This document shows, one piece after another, positions 1-13,430 of a stretch of 64,000 bases of DNA. Position numbers and translations under genes: made by a program. This stretch comes from Macrostomum lignano. Lineage: Eukaryota. The stretch is from NCBI GenBank assembly GCA_002269645.1, contig NIVC01001385.1:62001-126000 (forward strand), given 5' to 3'. Within the stretch, counting starts at the first letter, position 1; the number at the start of each line of letters is the position of its first letter. Below the pieces are notes generated by a model. It was not told the origin of the DNA and did no database searches. It saw only the letters and a list, made by a program, of their open reading frames with translations.

Positions 1-886
1 GATGAGATGAGCGACACCGATGCTCCTGTGTCGACTTCCATGCGCACCGGCGTGCCATCGATCTCAACGGTGGTCTCGATCGGTGGAATCTTGCCGCTCC
101 CACTGGACGCCATCGCGTGAAGCGAGAAGGTCTCCTCCTCCTCCACCTGCAGCTCCTGGACCGCCGTGTCGCCGCGGCGGCCTGCTCGTTGAGAAGCAGC
201 GGCCCGATCCTCGCGCTTCGCAGCTGACTTGCGTGCCGCAGCGGTGTGGCCGACTTTCGAGCACGCGAAGCACTTCTTGCTGATGAAAGGACACCTGGCT
301 ACTGGATGACGGTGTGACAGGCACCGATAGCACGGCTTGTGCGGCGGCGCAGCTGAATGTTGAAAAGCGTGCACGGTGTCAGAGCCGGTGGCTTTGGTCA
401 CAAGCTGATTGCCTTCGGCCGCAGACTCGTGCGCTTGCGCCAGCGACAGGGCCTTCTCGGAGAACAGTCGACGCTGAAGCGCGTCATCGCCGATGCCCAG
501 CACCAGTCGGTCTTGCAGCATGCTGTCGAGGCTTCCGCCGAAATTGCAGTCACGGGCCAATTTCCGCAACTCAGCCAGGAACTCCGCCACCGACTCGCCC
601 TCCTGGCGGCTTCTGTTGTAAAACTTGAAGCGCAGGACAATCTCCGGAGGCACCGGATCGAAGTGCTCCTTTAGTTTGCCGCATATGTCAGTGTAGGTGG
701 CTTGTTGGGCGAAAGCAGACTCGAGATCAGCTGGTAAGTATCCCTACCGCAGGTGCTCAGTAGTACAGCTCGCTTCTTCTCATCGCTGATTTCATTCGCA
801 ACGAAAAATTGCTCCAGGCGCTCCTGGTATTGAGTCCAGGTTTCCATGCCCTCTTCAAATGGTCCGATTGAGCCTATCAGACTCAT
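1..886 (-). pseudogene. Ty3/Gypsy gag-protease, one frameshift near 710, runs off the window start
   Basis: MSLIGSIGPFEEGMETWTQYQERLEQFFVAN; after the frameshift RFKFYNRSRQEGESVAEFLAELRKLARDCNF and LQDRLVLG; zinc knuckles CYRCLSHRHPVARC and CFACSKVGH; protease motif MEVDTGASVSLIS at about 1-45. Confidence 0.9.
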
Positions 887-887
887 T

Positions 888-1142
888 CCTCGTCGCCACT
901 GTAAAGACTCAGCTTTGGTTGGCAGAACAGTCGACTTGGTAAATTATAATTCTCTTACTCGGCGTTTATATTTTTTATTTTGAGCAACGTGCAATTGCAC
1001 ACAGATTGCGGGGGAACGTTCCATCGCGTACGTGTTAAGCACAGAGCGAGAAGGCTTGAGCCTGGTGAGCAAAGAAAAGGTTACGCGCAGGCGAACGACG
1101 AAATAACCAAAATAATAATTTTAACTAACTGAGGTCATCACA
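888..1142 (-). mobile_element. Primer-binding site and 5' LTR of the Gypsy element
   Basis: Minus strand: TGTGATGACC (1142) to GAGTCTTTACA (900), containing AATAAA, then a PBS-like TGGCGACGAGG (898-888) just before the gag ATG. The outer LTR boundary is inferred from the TGT..ACA ends only. Confidence 0.6.
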
Positions 1143-1600
1143 GTAACCATAACGTTAACTGATACTGACTGAAAAAGGTCAAGCAAACTTTTCGACTTGA
1201 AATGCATTGTAAGAATGCTAGAGAAAAAACTGACTGGTTGAATTCTGATTCTGAAATATATTGCATCATAACTGAATTGTAACTCCGATTTGAATTGAAA
1301 ATGCAGTGTGGAAGCGCAGCACCAGACTTGATTTAGATTGCGTAGTTACTGATACTGACTGACTAAGAAATTGATTATGTCATAACTGCTTCGTGTGATT
1401 TACTCTATGCTTGGAGTTTAAAGTGTTGAATTATATATAGCTCGTAAGTGCTAAATTTGATGTTATCAAAACGATGAGAGCTAGCCTGCAGTGAACAAAC
1501 TGAACTGCTAAATGCAGCGACGATGGTTCGAATTTTTAATAAAGTAGAATTTTTTTAATTGAAGCTTTTTAACGTCAGGAAAACCAAACGACTTTTAAAA

Positions 1601-1797
1601 AGAAGCATCATGTAAAAATCATGGAAGTGTCATGTAAAAATCATAGAAACGTCATGTAAACAATCATAGAAGCGTGATATAAAAATCATGGAAGCTTATG
1701 CAAAAAATTATAGAAGCGTCATTTTAAAAATCATAGAAGCATCATTTAAAGAATCATAGAAGCGTCGTGTTAAAAATCATGGAAGCTTCATGTAAAC
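1601..1797. repeat. About 22-23 bp minisatellite (aaaaatcatagaagcgtcatgt), about 8 copies
   Basis: Degenerate tandem copies read directly. Confidence 0.85.
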
Positions 1798-3859
1798 TTT
1801 TGTGTTGACAGGTGCCGACATAAGAATATAGATCACGAAATAGATTTTTATGGTGCCTCATAACTGGTTGGGGCACTTGCTTGGGAGCGGGAACAGAAAA
1901 AGGCATGGAGCCAACAAAGACCAATAAGTATGTTATAACAAGAATAAGTATAATTATAAGTTATACTTATTGGTCTGTGGGAGCCAAGGCCTTGTATATA
2001 GCAAACTTACTACCTAGGATTGTGAGATTGCTATACTGTATACGAGTCCTGAATCGGGTCACATCTGCTTAAGCAAGCAGCATTGTAAACAGAACTTGCT
2101 TCCTAGGTAAAAAGCATACGAGTGTCGTCAAAGAGCAAAAAAGAATTGTGGTTCAGTCAATGTACTCGTAGTTCAGTCTAACTTCATGCTCTCTCCTCTC
2201 TCCAGTTCCTCTAGCTTCCTGGCTGCTCCCCTCACATCCCATAACTTAAATTATGGGGAGGGCAGAGGGACCATTTTTCCTTTGTCTTGTTGACAGAAAA
2301 CAAGCAGAGGCAGGCTGTGCAAGTAATGAATCTTGTTCTGTGCTCCCCGTCTTGGTTTTCCTGGCTGCCTCTCTCACTGTTCCCTTTTGGACAACTTAGC
2401 TGTTTGCAAGCCCTACATCCACTGGCAATTTGCGAGGATTTCATTCGTTGGCTGGGATCTGGGAGGATGCACGAACGCTTTAATTCTAGCCAATGTATAT
2501 GCGCATTCAAGATATATCAAGCCTAACACAGAAGTGAATTATCCTGCACTGCAAGGGCGGCATACGAGAGCGGTAAACGTTTCCCATTCGACTCAATTCC
2601 AAAAGACTCAACTTGTTTAGAAAGCAGCTACACTAGAGGTTGTTACAAAATTGGATCTCAGCTATAAGAGATTTCGGATGAACGCTTACCGACGGATACA
2701 GTGGGCCTACTAGCAATGCGGGCCACCATGACGGACGAGCGGGCTGTCAAAATCAGCCTGCGAGGAGCCAATCGGGGAAAGGCAAAGCGCGGTCATTCAC
2801 CACACTTGGCTTTCTGCTCATGATAAAGATGTAAGTGACACGGATGTAAGGTCAATAGTAATTTTAGGAGAGAAAAAGAGAAGTAAAGTAAGAGAAAGGA
2901 GAATGGCGTAAAAATAGTGATAAAGAGAGAAGAGAAAATGAGCTTGTCAGAGAGATACAAGGAGGCAGAAAAAGGTCAAGAAACATAAAATAGCAGAACA
3001 TAAAACTTATGTCAGTATAAAAGCTGAAGGGAAGCATCTATTGACACAAATACTTAATTATTTTCAGTGGCAATCTGGTGCGTCTTCAAGGACCCAACAG
3101 CCACAGACATCGACCTACTAGCTAGCCGTGGCTGAGCACCTCCAACATGCGGGATACCGGTGAAGACTGCGGCAGGCGCAAAGCAACAGTCTGGCTCAGG
3201 AGCTCAGCGTGGAGGAAACCGATGGCGAAGCCGACAGAGTCAGAAAATTTTAATTACAGTTGACTTTGTAAGACCGTTGCTGCATACAGCCATTTATTTA
3301 TATTTGTTGGCTTTGCTGGCCAAAATGTTAAATATTCGAGATAATTATTATTTAGATCCCAGTCCCGTTTCTATGGGAATCAATTTATTTTGTTTCTTGT
3401 GAAATGGCCATGAAATGCTGAATGACCGCTTCGAAATCAAATAGTTAAATATGAGAAGCTTTAAATAGGAAGCAAAAAAGTTGAGAATGGGACGTGCTAG
3501 TCGATCTGCATTCTGTTTAAGATTTTTTCGGGATCAACTGCATGGCTGTGCCCGAACCACAGCCACAGTTGGGTTAATTGAATGCTACGCTTGCAATGCC
3601 CCCTATGTTTGCTGTTTAGTGTTTATGCCCTGTAGCTTGGCTTTGGATTGCATTTCTATAGGCTAAAGAAATTATGGGCGTTATACTTTATTGATGGCAA
3701 TATCTTTGATGTGGCCGATCAGCCAATATGCTATTCATCGCAATTAAATATGTCTTTGTTGTTCATAATTCTGTTTCTATGCTATAATTTTTTATTTAAT
3801 TATATTATTTAGGATGCTCTCGGAATTGTGTTTACGCAAAGTGTTACTCGTACTCGTAT

Positions 3860-4173
3860 TTAGCTTTTTTGATAAAATATAGCCATTGGAAAACTAGATA
3901 TTGTTTGTTGCATTGAGGCTGATTTTTGACAAGAATTTGATTTCGATTCTTTAATTTGCTTGTAGCAAGCATCAGAAACATTAATCAAAGATTCCAACCT
4001 GACTACTGATATAAACTCTAACGATTTGTTAATGGTTGTGAAAATGTTTTTCTCCAACGTTCGATTCCAACGTTGCTTAAAGGCGCGTCAAAACTAACGT
4101 TTTTCTAACGTTCATGAAGACTCAAATACCAATAATTGACAAAACGTTCCTGCATTGTTTTTGGCAGTCCGGG
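3860..4173. mobile_element. Orphan CACTA/EnSpm-type terminus
   Basis: Reverse complement reads CCCGGACTGCCAAAA, followed by clustered AACGTT subterminal motifs; same CCC..CTGCCA pattern as other termini in the window. No matching partner end found. Confidence 0.5.
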
Positions 4174-4310
4174 CTATCAGTAGGGTAGAGCTGCCACCAC
4201 CGTAAATTCTCGTATTACGGAACGAATAAGTCTCAGAGCTTTCTTTGAGATGAAAACTTGGTTCTTTTACGCCCCACAGGAAAATAACCAAGATAGGCTA
4301 TGGCGATAGG

Positions 4311-4503
4311 GGGGCCGTAGCCCAGTAGTGGTCTAGCGCAGGGTCTGGTGTGCCAGTGACCCAGGCTCGATTCCAAGTGCAGTCACATTAATTTGGGGCT
4401 GAATTGGAATCTCGACTTGGCTCTGCTCGTGCAATTAACGGCCTTGAGAGCCAACCCCCCAAGGCGCAGTGAAGTGTACATGCCTAACGATAAAATAAAG
4501 TTA
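4311..4503 (+). mobile_element. tRNA-derived SINE-like element
   Basis: A-box-like TAGCCCAGTAGTGG and B-box-like GGCTCGATTCC at tRNA spacing, imperfect cloverleaf, A-rich tail gataaaataaag. Confidence 0.5.
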
Positions 4504-5075
4504 CCCGGTGTAAAATTCGACGTCGATTCTCTGTCGAATCTAGGGAGAACATCGAATTTTCAGAGAGGGAACAAATGTTGGTCGAAACATGGTCGAAAAA
4601 TGGCCGAACATTCTGTCAACTAATTTTTGCTTAGATATTCGTCATTCTCTACTATTCTATATACCTAAGTAGTCAGCAAATAATTTTCTAAAGTCATGGG
4701 GTAAAACCGAAAATTTGCAAGTAAATACTAACTGTTTTGAAATTCTAAAGCTCATACAGTTACAAACGTCACATTTTTGCGCAGCAAGCGCAGTATTAAA
4801 CGAATAGGCCGGTACAGTTCTCTATTGGTCTGTTCTGATCTTTATCGATGCTGACTGCTGCATGCAAAGTAATATCTTGCAGGAAATTCAATGCAACTGC
4901 ATTACCCTATTCTGCTAGATATTCTGCTAGAAGTGTGTTAATTAAAGCCAGTAAATATTTCTGGCACAATTAACCTTGTCTTATAGCCGCTTTACCTCGC
5001 CGTCCAACAAGCTATCCTAGAGTAATTATTAAATAAGGCTGCTCTCTTAAGCACAGACCAAAAAGTAACCCTAGG

Positions 5076-6698
5076 CAGGGAATACTCTACCTATGGAAGT
5101 GACACTCCCCGATTCAGGCCTCTCAGAGCGGACCAACCCAGGCCAAGGTTTTTTCGAACGAAAAAGCATGACTTGAAAAAAGCTTTGTTACTTCTTGCTT
5201 GGAGGGGGGTTTCAAACACTGTCCACTCTGTCCCGACTCCCTTATTTCGAAAGGAGCAGAAGAGCAGGGGCAGAGAGGACAGTGAGAAAAAAAATAATGT
5301 TGGAGAGGAAAACACTGACTCAACAAAAATAAAGACACTTAATGTACATCCTGTATACAATAGTGGGCGCTCTGGGGATGACCCATGCACGTACATCTGC
5401 CTTTTCCCTGTCCTTTCAGTTGTGATTCTTATATAAACTCCAACAAAGTTTCGAGTAACGAAAAATCCCATTTTCCTGCTGTGTTATTGACTGCAATTCC
5501 TGGTTCCGGCTATGCGAATGCGATCCACACCGACAGAGAAGAAAATTCGCTTTTATTCCTTTTCAAAGGAAACTTCATTGCTGCAGCGACGGCTACATGC
5601 CATTCTGAACAAAAATCTGCATCAGCATTTTGAATGTTCCAACACCTATCGCTGGTCAGCAGCTAAAAAAGCCAGAATGCCTGCCGATTACAAGAGAACT
5701 CTGGCAGCTTGAACACCTACTAGCATTCGCCGAATTTCTACAGAATTGGCGCGCAGCTGCAGCGGGCAAGAACTGCTTGACGAATGAAACCTTCGGTAGC
5801 TTCATTCCGACATGTTCTGCGATTCCGAAACTTTGCTCAAGACTATTTGCTGCGGTGCACTTTCAGTATGTTTTGCTCGGAAAGTTTCTTTCGGAACCCA
5901 TTGAGAGGCAATTCGGAAGGTATCGACAGATGTCAGGTGCTCTATCGAAGCAGATTATTCAGTATGAAAATAAGACTAGAGTGATGTCGCTTCTATCCAT
6001 TTCTTATATCATTACCTGGCCTTGCGACGTAAGGAATCCTCAGAAAAGAAAGCCTGAATGTCATGTTTTATATCGTAGGATATCTGTCAAATTCCATTGG
6101 TAAACGCTGTCATGGGTATCGCCAGTTTCTGGTCAGCGAGAACAACTTTCCAGCACTGGAAATCCCAACTGAAAATTTAGATCAGAGGCCGGCAAACTCC
6201 GTCCACGAAGCCTCTCTATCAATGGCAATTGATGGCAATGGCAAACTTCAATGGCAATTCGGCTCGGCCCGCACAAAGTTGCTGTCCCTTCTAAGTTCTC
6301 TCCTCTCCTCTCTCCTCTCCTCACCTTTCTTATCACCTCTATTCTTTCATCTCCTCACTTTTCTTATCTTCTGTCTTCTCTCCTTTCTTTTCTCCTCTCA
6401 TCGATCTTCTCTCTTTTCTCTTTTTTTCTCTCCTTTCTTTTCTCCTTTCATCGATTTTCTCTCTTTTCTCTTTTATTTCTCTCCTTTCTTTTCTCCTTTC
6501 ATCGATATTCTCTTCTGTCTCTCTCATTTCTCTCCTTTTTTTTCTCCTCTCATCGATGTCTCATCTCCTATTTATTCTTCTCTCTCCCCCCATTCCCTCA
6601 CCATTCCACTCTCATCTGGGTGGGTTTTGGGGACGAGTTGGCCCGGGTTGGTCCGCCCCCATTGGGGAGTGTCACTTCCATATGTAGAGTATTCCCTG
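5076..6698 (+). mobile_element. Internally deleted P-superfamily (THAP-type) transposon with 7-bp TSD
   Basis: 35-bp TIR CAGGGAATACTCTAC(C/A)TATGGAAGTGACACTCCCC (34/35 match); CCCTAGG at 5069-5075 and 6699-6705. Confidence 0.9.
5470..6103 (+). pseudogene. P-element transposase remnant: THAP start joined to the C-terminal catalytic region
   Basis: CCVIDCNS..KIRFYSFSKETSLLQRRLHAI (degenerate THAP start), then YVLLGKFLSEPIERQFGRYRQMSG, typical of the P/THAP9 transposase C-terminus. Confidence 0.8.
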
Positions 6699-8446
6699 CC
6701 CTAGGACCACAACCTATCTTTCAGAATTACTCTCCATGAGCACACGTGACGGATTTTCTGGCGCCCCATCCCATAGTCTCTGTGGTGGGCGGCGTGGGCC
6801 GCACCTCCTCATATCAGCGCGAATTCGAATGCTGTGTGTGCGTCAGAATGGCAGAATTAAAGTAAACAAAGGGAAATTTTCTGAATGGATCAGAGTTGGG
6901 TGAATAGAAATGGCAGCCAGGTGGCGGCCGGGCACAGCTATCGCAAACAATATTTATCCCAGACCAAAAAGTATCTATAGTATAGCTGCAGGCGGAGAGA
7001 CTTTCCATTGTCATTTTGACAGATTCCAAGCCCTGGGTACGCAGTCCAGTTCAGTTTTTATTCAAGATTTAGTTATATAGAAGATTTATGGCCGGAAAAA
7101 TTCACGCCTGGAGCTGTGCGGGCAGTGGGTGGGCTCTTCTATCCAAGGTTTTTCTCAGTTAAATAGAAGGGGTGGCTAAAACAAAGTTTAATCAGAATCA
7201 CACAAAGAGAGAATGAAAACAAAACAGGCAAAAGGCAAGGCAAGAAGGCAAAAGCAGTCCCCCCTACGCAAATGCTAGCTTCATGGGAGTCTAAGATTCT
7301 TTAGCATTTAAAGTCTGAACGATCGATAAGCTCAAATTTATTCTCCATGAAAATGGTTTACTTGCTCTGTGTGCGGTTTTGTGCTCTACTAATCTAATTT
7401 TTTTCGTTTTCACTATCACTTGCTGACTGTTACTCGTAGTCGTATAAGTAATTAAGTAAATCTTTCAAACTTTGCCTTTAATGTTGGTCAGAGGGTGAGA
7501 AATTGAGTATGAGCATTGAGGATTCCATATAAACTGTAGAAATATAAACCAATCTGGGGATATTTTATTGCTAAACTCCGTCTTTCGAGTTTAATAGCTC
7601 TTTCGAGCTCTTTCGAGCTCTTTCGAGCTTACACTCTTTCGAGCTCGCTGGGACGGTTCACTGTTGCAAACTCGCTGTTTGAAAGCAGATAGGGTCTGGG
7701 GTCTGGGCAGTCATGTAGTCCACGATTAACTAGCTACACTTTACTGGGAGCACGGGAGCATGCTCCAACCCCTAGCGGACTACCCAAGTTAGAGCGTGCT
7801 CCAAGCTAGCTAGCTATCTGAGCCTAGGTGTAGGTGGGTCTGGGACCAAGATCATTATCTACATTTCAATGGAGCTGGCCAATTTTAGCGGAGGTTTTTT
7901 CCAATGCAGATCCAGAGGCGGAAGTTTTTAGCCTAGACATCCAAGTGGAGCGCCAAAATACACAGAATAACGAGGTCAAGACACTGAGACAGGGACTGTT
8001 TACTGTGATAAGAATATCTATCTCTCATAGATCATATCGAAATCAGAGCCTGGACGAAAAGCTTTGAATATGGGCGCCCGCAAGCGTTTTTTTCTCCACG
8101 AGGGGCTCCTCTTCATCCAATCAAATGAGTGACTGACATGCAACTGGCGATTTCGAGGGGAGGGGAACAGAGGAACAGGGGGAACAGCTGCTGGAGGGGG
8201 AGGGGATAACCCGAGTGGAGTTCTGTGAGTGAGAGCACAAAGCAAGGAAGGCTTCCTCACAGCCAACCGGTGCGCTGCATATTAAGATATATTCTATTGC
8301 GCTCCCCGATCCCAAATAATTTTACCTAAAAGCGTCTTTGAAATATATTTTTTACATCACGAACCCACATTGCTGCCGAGTTGTGCTTCCAATTCCTTTT
8401 AGCGAGTTTTGCAAGCTTGCAATCTTTAGAATTAGCTAGCTTAGAC

Positions 8447-9830
8447 ATGAACCCCGTAGTTTTAAGCGTCAAATACCGTGTGGTCGATGGCGAGGCCAGA
8501 CCGTATGACCGTGGTCATACAAGTAGGGAATACAAAGGAGGACTTAAAGCCGGCTAAGCTTTATGCCTGCAGAGAGCTGGCGTGCGCAGGTCTGCTGAAA
8601 GAAACGACAGAGTGAAGCAGCGCCGGAACTCATATCGCCCAGATGAAGTAAGTGTTTCATTTAATCGGCTTTGTCTTTGTGCAAGCTATGTTTTAGACAT
8701 GCTAAAATTTATCGAAACTAGATTTGAAATTTCAGCAAATATCGGCTGACTATCAGATTCAGACTGATGGATGGCGACATCAATTGTGATGCTGATTGTG
8801 TCTTCACAGGATGTTCTCAAAGAACGAACTGTTCCCTGAGGTATTCAAACAGCAGAAATGCTGAGTCTACAGCAGCATAAAGCACAGAGACTGCATTCAA
8901 ACCGAACCTTTTGTCAGCAGTATACGATGCCACTGTTAATCTGCAGGAGTCAGGAGCTCAGCAAGAACTCATCAGTAAGTTTCTAAATCCTGCTCTAGTC
9001 GGTCAGCACCACTTGTAGCACCACCTTACAATTTTTAAGGTGGCAAATATATCTTATATGGATTAATATTACGAGTAATTTATCTGATACGTTATAGTTT
9101 AGCCCACTTTCGACCATTGTGCGTGCTAAGAAAATCGCTTTAAGTATAATAAAGTGCTGAAATTAACGTATATTGTACATTGTAGTTAAGCAACAGTCAA
9201 GCAAATTCATTGCGTGCATTCATAAATTCATCCCACTTGCCACAGGAGCGCTGAACGTGCAGGCCAGGATGCTGGCGTCAGTAATTTCCAGAAGCAATGA
9301 GTGGTGAGTTGATTTCGCTTGATGCCCTGCAGTTTTTTCTTGCAAAATCTTCTTGATCAGTTTAATGCTCTAAATAAGATCATCGTTAACCACACATACT
9401 TCTACTTCCCACAGATACGAGAGCTCTGCATGCTGGAAGGGAAAGACTCCATGTCCAGTTTGACTTCAACCGCACTGGAAATAACGGCAAGATAAGCTTC
9501 AGTGGCTTCGAGGCCGTAGTGAAAGGTGCGTTGCTGATATGAAATGACAATGAGTATAGATTACTTAGGTCTGAGATCATTACTTTATCTAGTTTAACGA
9601 CTTAACGAACGCTACTATTGGTAGTAGGCTATAGAGACCTCGTGTTGCTAAATGAATTTCAATTTCATTTCAGAGGCAATCTCGAAAGGCCAAGTACAAT
9701 TCTGCACGCCACGAAGGTGGAGGAGCGCATTTTTAACTTCCTCTCGGATGCCCCCCGTACGATCTGGCCTGCGCACTCCCCAGCAAAAGAGCTCCAGTGG
9801 TGGTCCTGCCGCCAGCGCAGAGTGACTGAG
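8447..9830 (+). pseudogene. Multi-exon accessory gene (DUF4806/BEN-like ORF2) of element E, degraded
   Basis: GT-AG exons at about 8447-8647, 8810-8974, 9246-9303, 9415-9525 and 9674 onward; peptides IRELCMLEGKD, FNRTGNNGKISFSGFEAVVK, KVEERIFNFLSDAP resemble DUF4806-type C-termini; stops and frameshifts present. Confidence 0.55.
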
Positions 9831-11850
9831 CGCTGCGAGGCGTGGCTTCTGTCTGTCTGCCTGCCTTTGCTAAAAGTAACCCGATCGCTGACTATTAAAT
9901 TTTAGCAAATAATTGTAATGTAGTCTAATTAGCATGGTTTAATAGGAGCGTCTATAAGGAATATATTGTCATTCTCATCTCGAGTATAGTGCTTCATAAA
10001 TTTGTGTTTTTCTGCTCAAAAATATCTTTCGTAAGATGCAAACTTTCAGCACTGTCTTGTTTTGTTATTATGTTATTGTGCAAGTCTTGTTATTATGCAA
10101 TTTTTATGAAATTTAGAAGCTCTGATTTTTTAATACTGAAATTTCGCAACATGACTGTTCTATGCAACTTTTAAACTGTTTGATGATATAAATAGACAGA
10201 AATATACGTATCACAGCGATGGATACAATACAATTAAGTAATAATTAACTCATAAAAAAGCAGACGATTTTCTTTTTCTTTAGAACGACTTTTAAATATA
10301 CTTGTAACACTACTAAAAGTAGCTGTGATAGCAGTAGTCGAATATTCGTCGAAATTTCGATGATCGAATTTCCAAAATTTCTGAGTGCACATTCGACATC
10401 GAATCGACACAGAATGTTCTGGGTCGATTCTGGGTCGAATTTTTCACCGGGTAGGGCCGCTGTACACTGTGCCTGCGTACTGCTGCACTATACGTATCCG
10501 CGCGCTTGAATGCCTGTTCAGGGGAGTCGGCGGAATGGGCAGTAATGCCTCTCGCTGGGTTGTGTGTTGATGTCGCATAAAGTGCGCCAGGGTGCACACA
10601 ACCCCCTGCCTCTAATAAAAAATGGCTTAATGATCAACGAATAATTAGTTGGCGTAGCTTAATAATGGTAATTATTATTATTATTCAAGAAAACAAATGG
10701 CTAGGTGTCTGATAATGAGTAGCAGGTAGTTTACGGTAATAAATTTGTCTGCAGACATTGGTTCGCAGCGGTACCGGGGCGCTAAGTTACAATAAAGAAA
10801 TTAAACTAAAATTAATAAACTTCACGGTCGGGCAAAATAGGCTTGGTAGTCAATCGAAAACAATTCAAATTTAACACAAAAAGAGAAGAAAACAGGAGAT
10901 GGAAGAGAATGAAAATTATAGAGCCCAAAACGGTAGTTTAAATAGCATAAAGAAATCGTTCAAGCATTGGGAGCACGCACTGGGCAGAGCTATGGACGAC
11001 AAAATGACCGGGATGGACAAGGCACAAAATTACAGTAAAACAAAGCGCGGACAAACAAAATTCCATAGGAGGGATGGTAAAACCCAGGGAAAGGAAAAAG
11101 AAAAAACAGATCATGGAAAGGGAAGAATTTAACCACACGGGGGACAATTGTGACGCGGATGAAACAGCGGATGGAAAAGTAATCAAATTTCGCATGCCAA
11201 TTTTAGAGTTCGAGAAAATTATATGAGGTGGGGGCGGAGAAAGCCTTCTTGGAATGGGTTGATTTGAAAATTAGTTGCTGACACCAGCGAGGTGGGGCGG
11301 ATTCCACGTTTGAATTGCCGCCAGCGTTGAGTTCGCACGATTGGTTCCGGAAAATCGCGCAGAAGAATCACAACAAATTACTTTCTCCTGTTTTACTCCG
11401 ACAGCCGGGTCCTCAAGTTCCGGGGGGAGGGTAGTTGCAAATCGTAGCGGAGCGGTCGTATAGCGGCGCGGTCGTTCAATTGATAAAACACCGGAGATTC
11501 TGACACCGCAATCTAATGCGTTGGCTTGTCGAGCTCGTTACTTTCAGTAGGGTAGTTGCTGCCACCACCGTAATTTACGTATTACGGAACGTATGGTCTC
11601 AGAGCTTTCTTTGAGATGAGACTTTGGTTATTTTACGCCCCACGGGCAAAAGACTCAAAATAGACTATAGGCTTCTTATTAGTTAATGAAAGTATTATTG
11701 CTTAATATTAATTATTATTATAATTAACTGAGTATTAAAATAATATTTAGCAGGCAGGTAATAATTATTATTGTGCGATCGAAATGATTTGACGAGCAGA
11801 GCCGGAGTAAGGTGGATGAACAAACTAAAAACGCAAGATTAAAAGTAGTA

Positions 11851-12078
11851 AGTAAAAGAAGAAGAAGTAGTAGTAGTAGAAGAAGTAGTAGAAGTAGTAG
11901 TAGTAGAAGTAGTAGAAGTAGTAGAAGAAGTAGTAGTAGAAGTAGTAGTAGAAGAAGTAGTAGTAGAAGTAGTAGTAGAAGTAGTAGTAGTAGAAGTAGT
12001 AGTAGAAGAAGTAGTAGAAGTAGTGGAAAAAGTAGTAGTAGTAGTAGTAGAAGTAGTTTAGTAGAAGTAGTAGAAGTA
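11851..12078. repeat. (AGT)n/(AGA)n compound microsatellite
   Basis: Direct reading; explains the poly-Leu and poly-Ser ORFs. Confidence 0.97.
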
Positions 12079-12418
12079 GTTGCAGAAGTCTGAATTAGCA
12101 GCGCTTGAAACATGCAATATAAATAGTTAGTATAAATTCCAACTACAGGGGCGAAACTTGGACGGGTAGCTGGGCTGCTGGTTGAGCAAAGGAGTGGGCA
12201 CAAGGTTGAGCAAAGGCAGTTTTACGCAGAAATTAAAAGAAAAGAAAAAAAAACAAACAAGAGTGGGGAAACATGGATTCATAGGTGGGACAAATTGGAG
12301 GAACAAAAATTGGGACAAAGGACAACATACGGGAAAGTGACTAAATAAACAACTAAATAAAAAAAGTTAATTGAGAGCAAAATTATTAAAGAAATTACAA
12401 AAAAAATCGAAGTGGCAA

Positions 12419-13430
12419 CCCGACTGCCACATATAGTTCGTGGCATCTCGCCTGCCACAGTTGGTTAGTTGGTTGCTACTTTCTATTTTAACTTTTCAGT
12501 GAATGCTTCATTTGCAATGCAAGTGTCAAGAGCAGTCATTAACGGCCCGAGTCTAGGAAATGAAGCTAAAGTCTTTGTACCTTGTACTGCAATCTGTGCT
12601 GTGGTAGCGGTACAAAAACACCAAGTATTCACAAATCTTCATGCTAACAGACACTCGATTTTCATCATGTTCTTTGACTTTAGAAGCACACCTGAATTGG
12701 AATTTTGTAAGTATGGAGCTCTACATTGTTAATTAGAAAAAAATGATAAGCATTGGCCTAGCCTATCTAGCCTAGGCCTAGGCACACTGGCACATGACTA
12801 AGATGGCCACAGCTCTAAATATCTAAATAGATAATAATAGGCCTAGGTCTATATAAATCCTCATTTCCTATTAGTAGTATAATGGAGATAAGGGAGATAA
12901 ATACTAGGGCCTATATGTAAAATAGAATTAGATTAGGCCTAGGCCTAACCAAACAAAAACTAAAAAAAAACAATTTTGTATTATGGATAATAATTAGTCT
13001 AAAAATCTATTATTGCATTAATATTTATAATATATATGTAATTATAATTAAACTTAATAATTCATATAACAATAGCACTAAGTTATAAATTAATATTAAA
13101 CAGAGTTGATTAAATAGAGATTTAAAAAATTCAATGTTGTAGCTATCTTGGTTTTACATCCTACATATATCACTAGGCCATTTTGCCCTTCCTTTGTCAT
13201 TCTATCCCAATTTAGTTTTGACATTGTTTTTGTAATTTTGACCTAGGCCTAATTTGTTAATAGTATTTGGAATAAAAATAAAATAGCAAAATAGAATTTG
13301 CATATTTAGGAACATTATGGCAAAACCTTTATACTTTTTTAATCATTGGAACAGATATTTTAAACCTAATGTATAGGGTATTAGGGCATTGTCTAGTATC
13401 CAAGCTGCTAATTCTTTTGTACCCATAGAC
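12419..13430 (+). mobile_element. Truncated CACTA/EnSpm-type left end with a degenerate Cys-rich exon
   Basis: Starts CCCGACTGCCAC with repeated TGCCAC; exon-like 12498-12706 (ECFICNASV) bounded by cag and gtaagt; AT-rich CTAGGCC-rich interior like the other CACTA copies. Confidence 0.4.

Larger units (their letters stand above)
4504..10451 (+). mobile_element. Non-autonomous CACTA/EnSpm-type element (element E) with TA TSD
   Basis: Left CCCGGTGTAAAATTCGAC versus right (reverse complement) CCCGGTGAAAAATTCGAC; TA on both flanks; TCGA-rich subterminal repeats at both ends; contains a degraded accessory gene and a nested P element. Confidence 0.85.

Noticed and set aside
1931-2236. Possible solo LTR (TGT..ACA)
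   Set aside because: No matching TSD and no second copy in the window.
4311-4385. Functional tRNA gene
   Set aside because: Acceptor and anticodon arms do not form a canonical cloverleaf; treated as a SINE head.
11724-12203. Poly-Leu and poly-Ser ORFs
   Set aside because: Translations of the (AGT/AGA)n microsatellite.
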